The notes below the pieces were generated by a model. That model worked only from the letters and a program-made list of their open reading frames with translations. It searched no databases and was not told where the DNA came from. Position numbers and translations under genes: made by a program. Shown piece by piece: positions 1 through 11,322 of a DNA stretch of 64,000 bases. How positions within the stretch are numbered: the first letter of the stretch is position 1; every line of letters begins with the position of its first letter. Origin of the DNA: an uncultured Gaiellaceae bacterium (GTDB lineage Bacteria; Actinomycetota; Thermoleophilia; Gaiellales; Gaiellaceae); contig CAVUCT010000013.1 in assembly GCA_963740105.1 (NCBI GenBank), forward strand, positions 6,359 through 70,358. Reading direction: 5' to 3'.

Positions 1-2051
<2,051 letters not shown>

Positions 2052-2070
2052 CGCGCGATCGTAGCCAGGG

Positions 2071-2790
2071 TCAGTAGTCGACCCGCTCGAGGTAGAGGCC
2101 GTGCGCAGGGGCCTTGAGGCCGGCCTCCGCCCGTGGCCTCCCGTCGAGGAGGCGTTCGATGCGCGCGGGTGCATCGGAGCCGGCTTCGAGCATCGTCCCG
2201 ACGAGGGTGCGCACCATGTGCCGGAGAAACCCGTCTGCGGTGATCGTGAGATCGAGCCGGTCACCCTCCCGCTCCCAGGACGCCGAGAGCACGTCGCGCA
2301 CGAACAGCCGGTGCCGCGTCTCCGTCGGCGTGAAGGCGCGGAAGTCATGCTCACCGAGCAGGAGGGCCGCAGCCGACTGCAGCGCGTCGAGGTCGACGGC
2401 CCGCGGCCACCAGAGCGCGCGCCGCGCGTCGAGCGCCGACCGGGTGGCAACGATCCGGTAGCGATACGAACGCGAACGCGCCGAGAAGCGTGCGTTGAAC
2501 TCCTCCGCTACCTCGCCCACCGCACGAATCGCGACATCCTCGGGGAGAGCCGCGTTCAACGCCCCCGCGCTGCGCTCGAACGGCGGTCCGCCCTCGACCC
2601 GGACGCTCGCGACCTGGCCGGTCGCGTGCACGCCGGTGTCGGTGCGCCCTGCGACCGCGAGGCCGTCCCACTGGGGAAAGACCGCGTCGAGCGCGTCACG
2701 CACCACTCCTTCGACCGTGCGGAAGCCAGGCTGGCGCGCCCAGCCGTAGAAGCTCGATCCGTCGTATTCGAGTATGAGCTTGGCGTTCAC
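2071..2790 (-). CDS. truA: tRNA pseudouridine(38-40) synthase TruA
   Basis: ORF 2071..2790 has LILEYDGSSFYGWARQPG and the catalytic loop GRTDTGVHATGQV. GTG start. Confidence 0.9.
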   Translation of the reverse strand: MNAKLILEYDGSSFYGWARQPGFRTVEGVVRDALDAVFPQWDGLAVAGRTDTGVHATGQVASVRVEGGPPFERSAGALNAALPEDVAIRAVGEVAEEFNARFSARSRSYRYRIVATRSALDARRALWWPRAVDLDALQSAAALLLGEHDFRAFTPTETRHRLFVRDVLSASWEREGDRLDLTITADGFLRHMVRTLVGTMLEAGSDAPARIERLLDGRPRAEAGLKAPAHGLYLERVDY

Positions 2791-2793
2791 GAC

Positions 2794-4038
2794 GTGACAT
2801 CATGCGTGCGCGTGTCGACCGATGGGCGCTATGACCTGTACAGCCACGAGTTCAGGCTGACGACCCACGAGACGTATGCGCGCATGCGGGAGGAGAGCCC
2901 CGTCCACCTGCAGCCCGGCCTCGACGGAGAGACGCCGATCTGGTTCGTCACGCACTACGACGACGTCGTTGCGCTGCTCACCGACAACGAGCGGTTCGTG
3001 CTCGACCCGAAGCTCGCACTCACACCCACCGAGCTCGAACGGCACATCGCCGAGATTGCACCCGACGAACGCGCGAGTGAGAACCTCCTCGCCAAGGACG
3101 GCGAGAACCACCGTCGCCTCCGGCGGCTCGTGACCAAGGCGTTTACGCCGCGCATCGTCGAGCAGCTCCGCCCGCGCATCCAGCAGATCGCCGACGATCT
3201 GATCGACCTGGTCGAGGAGCGCGGGAGCATGGAGCTCGTCGACGACTTCGCTTTCCCACTCCCCATCACGGTCATCGCGGAGCTACTCGGCATCCCGGTC
3301 GAGGATCGAGAGCGGTTCCGCGCGTGGTCGAGCAACGTCGTCATGCCGGCGCTGACGCCGGAGGACCGGGAGATCGCCAAGCGCCGCGGGGACGAGTTCA
3401 TCGCGTACCTCGACGATCTGTTCACGCAACGACGCGCCGAGCCCACCGACGACCTCGTCAGCGCGCTGGTCCTCGCCGAGGACGGAGGCGATACTCTCTC
3501 CGAGAACGAGCTCTACAGCATGGTCGTGCTCCTCATCGTCGCGGGTCACGAGACGACGGTGAGCCTGATCGCCAATGCCGTCCACACGCTTCTGACGCAC
3601 TCGGGGGAGCTCGCGGCACTCCGCGCCGATCCCTCGCTCATGACGTCAGCCGTCGAGGAGCTGGTGCGCTTCGACAGCGCGGTCGAACGGGCGATCACGC
3701 GGTGGGTCGCGGCGGACACGGACCTGGGCGGGCAGGCACTTCGGCGAGGCGACCTCGTCATCGCGGTCATCGGCTCGGCGAACCGCGACACCGACCAGTT
3801 CTTCGACGCTGACACGTTGAACCTCGCACGCGTCGACAACAAGCACGTCGGCTTCGGACGCGGTCCGCACTACTGCCTCGGCGCGCCACTCGCGCGCCTC
3901 GAGGTCGAGATCGCGTTGGAGACACTCTTCCGCAGGCTCCCGAATCTCCATCTCGCGATCGACGAGGACGATCTCTACTGGCGCCCGATTCCGCTCTTCC
4001 GCAGCCTCGCGTCGCTCCCCGTCGCCTGGGACGGGTAG
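2794..4038 (+). CDS. Cytochrome P450 monooxygenase
   Basis: C-terminal ~414 codons of ORF 2101..4038 show the I-helix LLIVAGHETT, ExxR (EELVRFDS) and the heme-thiolate loop FGRGPHYCLGAPLARLE. The upstream part of the ORF is the antisense shadow of truA. Start is uncertain (GTG at 2794, 2806 or 2812). Confidence 0.85.
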   Translation: MTSCVRVSTDGRYDLYSHEFRLTTHETYARMREESPVHLQPGLDGETPIWFVTHYDDVVALLTDNERFVLDPKLALTPTELERHIAEIAPDERASENLLAKDGENHRRLRRLVTKAFTPRIVEQLRPRIQQIADDLIDLVEERGSMELVDDFAFPLPITVIAELLGIPVEDRERFRAWSSNVVMPALTPEDREIAKRRGDEFIAYLDDLFTQRRAEPTDDLVSALVLAEDGGDTLSENELYSMVVLLIVAGHETTVSLIANAVHTLLTHSGELAALRADPSLMTSAVEELVRFDSAVERAITRWVAADTDLGGQALRRGDLVIAVIGSANRDTDQFFDADTLNLARVDNKHVGFGRGPHYCLGAPLARLEVEIALETLFRRLPNLHLAIDEDDLYWRPIPLFRSLASLPVAWDG

Positions 4039-4048
4039 GGCAAGATCG

Positions 4049-4975
4049 CTAGGGCGAGACGGCCAGCGTCTCGTTCGCCGAGCTCACCGTCAGCCCGGGC
4101 TCAGGCCCGCCGCCGATGACGTAGACGCGGCCGCCGAGCGCCGCCACTCCCACGCCGTGCCTCGGCGTCAAGAGATCGGCGAGACGCACCCAGCGCCGCT
4201 CGGCGATCCGGTACTCGAGCACCTCTTCGATCGTGCCGTCCGGCTCCTCGCCGCCGACCGAGACGACCCGTCCCACCAGCGCCGCCGCGCCCGTTCCGCC
4301 GCGCGGGTCCGGTACCGGCTGGAGGCGCCGCCACCGGCGATCTCCAGGCGTGAAGCTCTCGAAGTGCAGGAGATTCGTGTCGAGGCCGGCAGTACGGCCA
4401 CCCACCGCGTAGACCACGCCAGCGAACGCGGTCACACCGAGGTGCTCGCGCGGCGTCGGGCCGGGAACGACCGACCAGCGGCGCGTGCGCAGGTCGAACG
4501 AGAGGGCACTCCGGGCGAGCCGTCGGCTCGCGCCGATGCCCCCGGCGACGACGATCCGGGCGCCTGCGACCCCTGCTCCGGCCGCGGCGCGTGGAAACGG
4601 CATGCGCGGCAGCGCTCGCCATCCGCCCTTCTCGAGGACGAACGCGGCTCGCAGCGTCGTGCCCGTGACGGTGTAGCCGCCGAATACGTATGGCTTGCCG
4701 CCGACGCCGACAGCCATCGCGTGATGGACGCCGATCGGAAGATCGGGAAGGCGTCGCCAGGCGTCGCGCGCGGGCGAGTACGCGTCGACGCGCCGAGATG
4801 CTCCGCCGTCGATCGTGAAGCCTCCGAGCACCACGATCTCGCGTCCGACGACCGCCGCGGAGACCTCCGTTCGTGGAAGGGGCATCGGCGCGCGCGCCTC
4901 CCAGGCGGACGGCGCGGCGCTGGCGGCTGTCGCAATGGCGGACGCGACGAGGAGCACGGTCGCCCAGAGCCTCAT
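4049..4975 (-). CDS. Secreted Kelch-repeat (beta-propeller) protein
   Basis: ORF 4049..4975 has the signal peptide MRLWATVLLVASAIATAASAAPSA. Kelch-type units recur with GG..Y.FGG / W..LP..P (VVLGGF, YVFGGY, VVAGGI, YAVGGR, VSVGGE, YVIGGG). Confidence 0.7.
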   Translation of the reverse strand: MRLWATVLLVASAIATAASAAPSAWEARAPMPLPRTEVSAAVVGREIVVLGGFTIDGGASRRVDAYSPARDAWRRLPDLPIGVHHAMAVGVGGKPYVFGGYTVTGTTLRAAFVLEKGGWRALPRMPFPRAAAGAGVAGARIVVAGGIGASRRLARSALSFDLRTRRWSVVPGPTPREHLGVTAFAGVVYAVGGRTAGLDTNLLHFESFTPGDRRWRRLQPVPDPRGGTGAAALVGRVVSVGGEEPDGTIEEVLEYRIAERRWVRLADLLTPRHGVGVAALGGRVYVIGGGPEPGLTVSSANETLAVSP

Positions 4976-4976
4976 G

Positions 4977-5297
4977 TCACGCGGGCTCCACGTCGAGCGT
5001 GAGCCCGTCGATCCGGCGCACGACGACCGACGTTCCCGGATCGCAGCCGCCGAGGCAACGCGCCTTCCAGATCTCGCCGTTCACCCGCACCTGTCCCTCT
5101 GGCCAGAGCGCGTCGACCGCGACGCCTCGCTTGCCGACGAGCGACTCGACCCCCACGGACGCGTTCCTGCGCTTCGACCACCAGATGAAGGTGCTCGTCT
5201 CGGCGATCTCGAGCGCCGCGCCGATCCCGACGGCGACGAGCCCCCACGGCGACGGGAGCACGAAGACGGCGAGCACGATCCCTATGAAGAGGAGCAC
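4977..5297 (-). CDS. NfeD-family membrane protein (two TM helices + C-terminal OB-fold)
   Basis: ORF 4977..5297 has a hydrophobic N-terminus (MLLFIGIVLAVFVLPSPWGLVAVGIGAALEIA). The C-terminus has the NfeD-like pattern LVGKRGVAVDALWPEGQVRVNGEIWKARC...GTSVVVRRIDGLTLDVEP. Confidence 0.6.
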   Translation of the reverse strand: MLLFIGIVLAVFVLPSPWGLVAVGIGAALEIAETSTFIWWSKRRNASVGVESLVGKRGVAVDALWPEGQVRVNGEIWKARCLGGCDPGTSVVVRRIDGLTLDVEPA

Positions 5298-5324
5298 GCC
5301 TGGAGCGTACTCCCGGCGCTTCGC

Positions 5325-5747
5325 CTACTCCTCGGCGGGCTCGTCCTGCTCCGCACGCGACCGCGCCATCGCGAACGGGGTCGCCACGGGCTCGTGGTCG
5401 ACGAGCTCGAGGTACACCATCTCGGCGGCGTCACCCTGGCGCGGGCCGAGCCGCACGATGCGCGTGTAGCCGCCGGGGCGATCCGCGAAGCGCGGCGCGA
5501 CCTCGGCGAAGAGCGCGTGGACGACGTTGTTCGAGCGAAGCGCGGCGAGCGCCTGCCGACGGGCATGGAGGTCGCCGCGCTTGCCCAGCGTGATCATCTT
5601 CTCGGCGAACGGCTTGACCGCCTTCGCCTTGGCCTCGGTCGTCTGGATCCGGCCGTGCTGGATCAGGGCGCCTGCGAGATTCGAGTAGAGCGCCTTGCGG
5701 TGGGCGGGATCCCGCCCGAGCTTCTTGCCGGATCGCTGGTGGCGCAT
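5325..5747 (-). CDS. rplQ: 50S ribosomal protein L17
   Basis: ORF 5325..5747: [42 protein letters not shown]. It sits after rpoA. Confidence 0.96.
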   Translation of the reverse strand: MRHQRSGKKLGRDPAHRKALYSNLAGALIQHGRIQTTEAKAKAVKPFAEKMITLGKRGDLHARRQALAALRSNNVVHALFAEVAPRFADRPGGYTRIVRLGPRQGDAAEMVYLELVDHEPVATPFAMARSRAEQDEPAEE

Positions 5748-5750
5748 CGG

Positions 5751-6722
5751 TTAGACGAGCTCCTCGCCCTTGAGCGTGAGGCCGTGTGCGCCGAGCGCGG
5801 AGCGAACCTCCTCGATCGACTTGCGACCGAAGTTCGGGATCGCGACGAGCTCGTTCTCGGACTTCGACGTGAGATCGCCGATCGTCTCGATGCCCACGCG
5901 CTTCAGGCAGTTGTACGAGCGGACGCCGAGTTCCAGCTCCTCGATCGGGAAGTTCTCCATCCCGTGCATCACGGGAGCTTCCGCGACCGTCTCCGGCGCA
6001 GACTCCCCGAAGCCCTCCATCGCGTCGAGATCGGTGAAGATGGCGAGCTGGCGGATGAGGATTTCGGCCGCTTGCCCGATCGCGTCGCGCGGATCGAGCG
6101 ATCCGTCGGTCGTGACGTCGAGGACGAGCTTGTCGTAGTCGGTGCGCTGGCCGACGCGGGCGGCCTCGACCTCGTACGCGACCCGCCGGACGGGCGAGAA
6201 GATCGAGTCGATCGGGATGACGCCGATCGTCGTCTCCGGCCCACGGTTCAGCTCGGCGGGCACGTAGCCACGGCCACGGCCGATCGTGAGCGTCATCTCG
6301 AGCTTGCCCTTGTCGGAGACGTGGGCGATCTCGAGCTCCGGGTTCAGGATCTCGAGGTCGGCCGGCGCCTCGATGTCGGCAGCAGTAACGACGCCCGCGC
6401 CCTTCTTCGCGATGTAGACCTCGATCTCCGGCGACGCGCCGTGCAGGAGAACGATGAGGCTCTTGAGGTTGAGGATGATGTCCGTGACGTCCTCACGCAC
6501 GCCCGGAAGCGTCGTGAACTCGTGCGCGACGCCCTCGATCTTCACCGCGGTGACCGCGGCGCCCTCGAGCGACGACAGCAGCACGCGACGAAGCGAGTTC
6601 CCGAACGTATGGCCGAAGCCGCGGTCGAGCGGCTCGATGGCGAAGACGCCGCGATGCGCGTCGGTGTCCTCGTGGACGATCTTCGGAACCTGGAAGTCCA
6701 TCAGGCTGGTTCGTATGGCCAA
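5751..6722 (-). CDS. rpoA: DNA-directed RNA polymerase subunit alpha
   Basis: ORF 5751..6722: IEPLDRGFGHTFGNSLRRVLLSSLEG, with the C-terminal domain LELGVRSYNCLKRVGIETIGDL. TTG start at 6722 preceded by AAAGGA (SD). Confidence 0.96.
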   Translation of the reverse strand: MAIRTSLMDFQVPKIVHEDTDAHRGVFAIEPLDRGFGHTFGNSLRRVLLSSLEGAAVTAVKIEGVAHEFTTLPGVREDVTDIILNLKSLIVLLHGASPEIEVYIAKKGAGVVTAADIEAPADLEILNPELEIAHVSDKGKLEMTLTIGRGRGYVPAELNRGPETTIGVIPIDSIFSPVRRVAYEVEAARVGQRTDYDKLVLDVTTDGSLDPRDAIGQAAEILIRQLAIFTDLDAMEGFGESAPETVAEAPVMHGMENFPIEELELGVRSYNCLKRVGIETIGDLTSKSENELVAIPNFGRKSIEEVRSALGAHGLTLKGEELV

Positions 6723-6741
6723 GGTGGATCCTTTCGTGTCT

Positions 6742-6774
6742 TCGTAGGTGCGAGATGTATCTCGCCCTACAGCG
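6742..6774 (-). repeat. Conserved intergenic hairpin motif, copy A (rpsD-rpoA junction)
   Basis: mRNA sense is CGCUGUAGGGCGAGAUACAUCUCGCACCUACGA. The stem pairs GUAGG/CCUAC and GCGAGA/UCUCGC. It shares an exact 18-nt block (6757..6774) with 43515..43532. Confidence 0.7.
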
Positions 6775-6777
6775 CGG

Positions 6778-7398
6778 TTACTTGGAGTAGAGCTCCACGA
6801 TCAGCGATTCTTGGACGGGCGCGTCGATCTCGTCGCGCTCCGGCCACTTGAGCACCGTTCCGGTCAAGCCGTCGTGGTCTGCTTGGAGCCAGGGCGCCAC
6901 GGACGCGGTGAGGTCGGTCGCGTCGCGAACGAGCTGCTCGACCGGGCTCCCCTGCTTGAGGGCGACCACGTCGCCGGGTCGGACGCCGTAGCTCGGGATG
7001 TTGACCCGCCGGCCGTTGACGTGGAAGTGCCCGTGCCGTACGAGCTGACGCGCCTGGGCGCGCGAGCCGGCAAAGCCGAGCCGATAGACGACGTTGTCGA
7101 GGCGTGTCTCGAGCATGCGCAGCAGGTTCTCGCCAGGCGCGCCGAGGCCACGCGTGGCCTTCTCGTAGGTCGAACGAAACTGCTTCTCGAGAAGGCCGTA
7201 GTAGCGACGCGCCTTCTGCTTCTCGCGAAGCTGCAGGAGGTACTGGCTCTGCTTGATGCGCCCGCGTCCATGCTCGCCCGGCGGATAGCTGCGACGCTCG
7301 ATCGCACACTTCTCCGTGAGGCAGCGCTCGCCCTTCAGGAAGAGCTTCACGCCCTCGCGGCGGCAGATGCGGCACTTGGGTCCGAGATCTCGTGCCAC
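6778..7398 (-). CDS. rpsD: 30S ribosomal protein S4 (Cys4 zinc-finger form)
   Basis: ORF 6778..7398: [31 protein letters not shown]. Confidence 0.96.
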   Translation of the reverse strand: MARDLGPKCRICRREGVKLFLKGERCLTEKCAIERRSYPPGEHGRGRIKQSQYLLQLREKQKARRYYGLLEKQFRSTYEKATRGLGAPGENLLRMLETRLDNVVYRLGFAGSRAQARQLVRHGHFHVNGRRVNIPSYGVRPGDVVALKQGSPVEQLVRDATDLTASVAPWLQADHDGLTGTVLKWPERDEIDAPVQESLIVELYSK

Positions 7399-7802
7399 TA
7401 GACGCGCCTCCGCTTGCGCTGGCGCACGCCGTTGTGCGCCTGCGGAGTCACGTCCTTGACACCGAGGATCTCGAGACCGGCCGCCTGGAGCGACCGGACA
7501 GCGGTCTCGCGACCAGAGCCCGGGCCCTTCACGAACACCTCGACCTTCTGGAGGCCGTGCTCCATGCCCTTGCGCGCGGCGTTGTCGGCGGTGACCTGCG
7601 CGGCGAATGGCGTGGACTTGCGCGAGCCCTTGAAGCCGGCCGAGCCGGCGGACTCCCAGACGATGACGTTCCCCTCGCCGTCGGTGAGCGTGACGATCGT
7701 GTTGTTGAACGACGTCTTGATGTGCGCCTGGCCGATGGCGATGTTCTTGCGGACCTTGCGACGGGTGCGTCCGCGGGCCGCGGATCTGCGTGGAGGTGCC
7801 AT
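7398..7802 (-). CDS. rpsK: 30S ribosomal protein S11
   Basis: ORF 7398..7802: [21 protein letters not shown]...[14 protein letters not shown]. Confidence 0.96.
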   Translation of the reverse strand: MAPPRRSAARGRTRRKVRKNIAIGQAHIKTSFNNTIVTLTDGEGNVIVWESAGSAGFKGSRKSTPFAAQVTADNAARKGMEHGLQKVEVFVKGPGSGRETAVRSLQAAGLEILGVKDVTPQAHNGVRQRKRRRV

Positions 7803-7805
7803 CGC

Positions 7806-8180
7806 TTACTTGGCCTTCTTGCCGCGGCCGACGGTCTTCTTCGGGCCCTTGCGCGTACGGCCGTTGGTCTTCGTGCGCTGACCCTTCACCGGAAGCCCGC
7901 GGCGGTGGCGGATCCCACGATAGGCGCCGATCTCTTGCAAGCGCTTGATGGCCTGCCCACGGTCGCGCCTGAGGTCACCCTCGACCTCGAGCTCCGTGTC
8001 GATGTAGTTGCGGAGCTTCGTCACCTCTTCGTCGGTGAGGTCGCGAACCTTCTGCTCCGGATCGAGCTCGAGCGTCTTGATGATCTTCTTCGAGGTCGAC
8101 TGGCCGATCCCGTAGATGTACGTGAGGCCGATCTCGAGGCGCTTCTGCGTCGGAAGGTTGACGCCGGCGATACGTGCCAT
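7806..8180 (-). CDS. rpsM: 30S ribosomal protein S13
   Basis: ORF 7806..8180: [26 protein letters not shown]. Confidence 0.96.
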   Translation of the reverse strand: MARIAGVNLPTQKRLEIGLTYIYGIGQSTSKKIIKTLELDPEQKVRDLTDEEVTKLRNYIDTELEVEGDLRRDRGQAIKRLQEIGAYRGIRHRRGLPVKGQRTKTNGRTRKGPKKTVGRGKKAK

Positions 8181-8187
8181 GTGTCGT

Positions 8188-8301
8188 TCAGCCCTGCCTT
8201 TGCTTGTGCCGTGGGTTGGTGCAGATGACGATCGTGCGGCCGTGCCGCTTGATCACGCGGCAGCGCTCGCACATGGGCTTGACGGATGGGCGTACTTTCA
8301 T
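8188..8301 (-). CDS. rpmJ: 50S ribosomal protein L36
   Basis: Last 37 codons of ORF 8188..8643: [40 protein letters not shown] at 8301 checked in the sequence. Confidence 0.95.
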   Translation of the reverse strand: MKVRPSVKPMCERCRVIKRHGRTIVICTNPRHKQRQG

Positions 8302-8309
8302 CTGATTCG

Positions 8310-8531
8310 TTACTTCATCCGGAAGGTGATTCGGCCGCGGGTGAGGTCGTAAGGAGAGAGCTCGACCGTGACGCGGTCGCCCGGGAGGATGCGGATGTAG
8401 TGCTTGCGCATCTTTCCGGAGATACGAGCGAGGACGCTGTGTCCGTTGTCGAGCTGCACCCGGAACATCGTTGAGGGGAGCGCTTCGACGACCTCGCCTT
8501 CGATCTCGATCTTCTCTTCCTTGACAGCCAC
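8310..8531 (-). CDS. infA: Translation initiation factor IF-1
   Basis: ORF 8310..8531: [61 protein letters not shown] start. A 181-nt structured untranslated region lies upstream (8532..8712). Confidence 0.96.
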   Translation of the reverse strand: MAVKEEKIEIEGEVVEALPSTMFRVQLDNGHSVLARISGKMRKHYIRILPGDRVTVELSPYDLTRGRITFRMK

Positions 8532-8712
8532 TTCGCGCGCGAATATGCCCTTCGTTTGGCGGATTTCCTGTGAGAACAGCGGCGCAACGGAACGCCCGCA
8601 CCGCGGCGGGACATCGTAGCAGACACCCTCGAAATGACACCATGACCGGCGTCTGTGGAGTGACCCGCCGTGCCCCGGCGGCTCACGGCCGGCAACGACA
8701 GCTGACGCGTCG

Positions 8713-9486
8713 CTAGATCCGGACTCCTCCCGGAATCCCGACGCGCGGCGTGAGGATCCGTGGGCCGTCGCCCGTGATCGCGACCGTGTGCTCGAAGTGA
8801 GCGGACATCGAGCCGTCCTGCGTGCGGATCGTCCAGCCGTCGTCCATCACGAGGACGTCCGCATCGCCGGCCGTGATCATCGGCTCGATCGCGATCGTCA
8901 TGCCCTCGGACAGGCGCGGGCCGCGGCCGGGCTCACCGAAGTTCGGGATGTGCGGATCCTCGTGGTAGTGGCGACCGACGCCGTGGCCGACGAGGCTTCG
9001 GATCACCGAGAATCCCGCCGCTTCGACGACCTCCTGAATCGCGTGCGAGACGTCGCCCACGCGATTGTCGACGACCGCCTCCGCAATCCCGGCCGCGAGC
9101 GCTTCCTGCGCTACGTCGAGGAGGCGCTGATCGTCGGGCTCGATCTCTCCGACGCCGAAGGTGTAGGCGCTGTCAGCGATGTACGCGTCGAGCGTGACGC
9201 CGACGTCGATCGTCACGAGGTCGCCCTCGCCGACGGCGTACGCGTCGGGGATGCCGTGGACGACGACGTCGTTCGGCGAGATGCAGATCGCCTTCGGATA
9301 GCCCTTGTATCCCTCCGAGGTGGGGATGCCGCCGTGCTCGCGGATGAACGCGCCAGCGGCGGCGTCGAGTTCGTCGGTGGTCACGCCCGGCCGCAGGAGG
9401 CCGCCGACATGCGCGATCGTCTCTGCGACCAGCGCGCCGGCAGCAGCCATCTTCTCGATCTCGCGTGTGCTCTTGCGGATGATCAT
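8713..9486 (-). CDS. map: Type I methionine aminopeptidase
   Basis: ORF 8713..9486: [53 protein letters not shown]. Confidence 0.95.
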   Translation of the reverse strand: MIIRKSTREIEKMAAAGALVAETIAHVGGLLRPGVTTDELDAAAGAFIREHGGIPTSEGYKGYPKAICISPNDVVVHGIPDAYAVGEGDLVTIDVGVTLDAYIADSAYTFGVGEIEPDDQRLLDVAQEALAAGIAEAVVDNRVGDVSHAIQEVVEAAGFSVIRSLVGHGVGRHYHEDPHIPNFGEPGRGPRLSEGMTIAIEPMITAGDADVLVMDDGWTIRTQDGSMSAHFEHTVAITGDGPRILTPRVGIPGGVRI

Positions 9487-10052
9487 CGGCTCGCGGCGAC
9501 GCCCTCCAGTGCGTCCTGAATGGCGGCGAACACCTCGTCCATCGCCTGCTCGCCGTCCACGATGACCTCGATACCGGCGAGCTGGTAGCGATCGACGACC
9601 TGCTCGGTGAGCTCGTGGTAGAGCCGGAGCCGGTTGCGGATCGCCTCCGGGGAGTCGTCGGCGCGACCCTCTGCGCGAGCGCGCGCCTCGAGCCGGGACG
9701 TCGCCACCTCGTCGGAGACCCGGAGCAGGATCACCGCGTCGAGCGGCTTTCCGATCTCCTCGAGCATCGCGTCGAGGGCCTCGGCCTGGGCGACGGTGCG
9801 CGGAAACCCGTCGAGCACGAACGCGTCCTCGTCGGCGAGCCGCTCGCGGATCAGCCCGACCATGAGGTCGTCGGGCACGAGATCTCCGCGCTCGAGGATC
9901 GGGCGCACCTGCGCGCCGAGCTCCGAGCCGTCGGCGACCGACGCGCGCAGGATGTCTCCCGTCGCCACGTGGGGGGCGTCGTAGGACGACGCGATCCGCT
10001 GCGCCTGCGTTCCCTTCCCCGACCCTTGCGGGCCCAGGATCAAGATTCTCAT
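9483..10052 (-). CDS. adk: Adenylate kinase (short-lid form)
   Basis: ORF 9483..10085 trimmed to ATG 10052: MRILILGPQGSGKGTQA (P-loop). The longer start would overlap secY. Confidence 0.93.
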   Translation of the reverse strand: MRILILGPQGSGKGTQAQRIASSYDAPHVATGDILRASVADGSELGAQVRPILERGDLVPDDLMVGLIRERLADEDAFVLDGFPRTVAQAEALDAMLEEIGKPLDAVILLRVSDEVATSRLEARARAEGRADDSPEAIRNRLRLYHELTEQVVDRYQLAGIEVIVDGEQAMDEVFAAIQDALEGVAASR

Positions 10053-10065
10053 GCGCGTGCCGCCG

Positions 10066-11319
10066 TTACTTGAGGAAGCCCTCATAGGAGCGCATCATCA
10101 TCTGCGACTCCATCTGCCGCATCGTGTCGAGCGCGACGCCGACCGCAATGAGCACGGAGGTGCCGCCGAGCGCACCGGCGCTCGCCTGGGAGAAGCCGCC
10201 GTATGCGATGAAGAGGCTCGGAAGGACCGCGACGATCGCGAGGTAGAGCGACCCGGGCAGCGTCAGCCGTGAGAGCACGCGGTCGAGATACTGCGCCGTG
10301 GGCGGGCCTGGACGGATGCCCGGGATGTAACCGCCGTACTTGCGCAGGTTGTCCGCCTGGTCGACCGGGTTGAACTGGACAGCCGTGTAGAAGTACGTGA
10401 AGACGACGATCATGAAGCCCTCGACGAGCAGGTAGATCCAGTCGCCGGGCTGGAACCACTCGTTGACGAAGTCGCGCGTCGCCGGGAAGTACTGCGCCAT
10501 CGTCGGCGGGAAGGCGAGGATCGCCGCAGCGAAGATGATCGGGATGACGCCGGCCATGTTCACACGGAGCGGCAGGTAGGTCGAGCCGCCGGCTGTCATC
10601 TTGCGGCCGACCATGCGCTTCGCATACTGGATGGGGATGCGGCGCTGGCCCTCCTGCACGAAGACGACCGCCGCACAGATGCCGACCGCGATGAGCGGGA
10701 AGAAGAGCTTCTCCATAGGCCCGCCGTTCCACCAGGCGGCGATGCCGATCGGCGCGGCGACGAGGATCGAGGCGAAGATGAGGATCGAGATGCCGTTGCC
10801 GATGCCGCGCTTCGTGATGAGCTCGCCCAGCCACATGAGCAGGACGGTGCCGGCCGTGAGCGAGACGATGATGAGGACGAGCTCGCCCGACCCGGCGTCG
10901 AGAGCGCCCTGGCTGCGGAACAGGAATGCATACCCCGTCGCCTGCGCAGCCGCCAAAATCACGGTGAGGTACCGCGTGTACTGCGTGATCTTCGCGTAGC
11001 CGGCCTCGCCCTCCCGCTGCAGCTCACCGAGCCGCGGGATGACGACGGTCATCAGCTGGATGATGATCGACGCTGTGACGTACGGCATGATCCCGAGCGC
11101 GAACAGGGAGAACTGCGAGAGCGCGCCTCCCGAGAAGAGGTCGAGCAGGCCGAGGATCGTGCCTCCCTCGCCGCCGAAGAAGTCCTCGATGGTCTGGGAG
11201 TCGACACCCGGCGCGGGGATCCACGAGCCGAGCCGGTAGACGGCGAGGATCATCGCCGTGAAAAGAACACGCCGGCGAAGCTCCGGAACCCGCCAGGCGT
11301 TCGCGAGCCACGAGAACAC
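10066..11319 (-). CDS. secY: Preprotein translocase subunit SecY
   Basis: ORF 10066..11319 is multi-TM, with ELRRRVLFTAMILAVYRLGSWIPAPGVD and GIMPYVTASIIIQL. Confidence 0.96.
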   Translation of the reverse strand: MFSWLANAWRVPELRRRVLFTAMILAVYRLGSWIPAPGVDSQTIEDFFGGEGGTILGLLDLFSGGALSQFSLFALGIMPYVTASIIIQLMTVVIPRLGELQREGEAGYAKITQYTRYLTVILAAAQATGYAFLFRSQGALDAGSGELVLIIVSLTAGTVLLMWLGELITKRGIGNGISILIFASILVAAPIGIAAWWNGGPMEKLFFPLIAVGICAAVVFVQEGQRRIPIQYAKRMVGRKMTAGGSTYLPLRVNMAGVIPIIFAAAILAFPPTMAQYFPATRDFVNEWFQPGDWIYLLVEGFMIVVFTYFYTAVQFNPVDQADNLRKYGGYIPGIRPGPPTAQYLDRVLSRLTLPGSLYLAIVAVLPSLFIAYGGFSQASAGALGGTSVLIAVGVALDTMRQMESQMMMRSYEGFLK

Positions 11320-11322
11320 GTG

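Noticed and set aside
4033-4062. Another copy of the TAGGGCGAGA hairpin motif at the P450/Kelch convergent junction.
   Set aside because: The similarity is limited to ~10 nt. Most of it lies inside the Kelch coding sequence and the matching CCTAC arm is missing, so it is probably coincidental.
8532-8712. Small gene or sRNA in the 181-nt spacer upstream of infA; possible promoter (GTGTCA-N16-TACGAT).
   Set aside because: There is no ORF with a plausible start or SD. The promoter-like hexamers are weak and I cannot distinguish them from chance without TSS data. I left it as untranslated leader.
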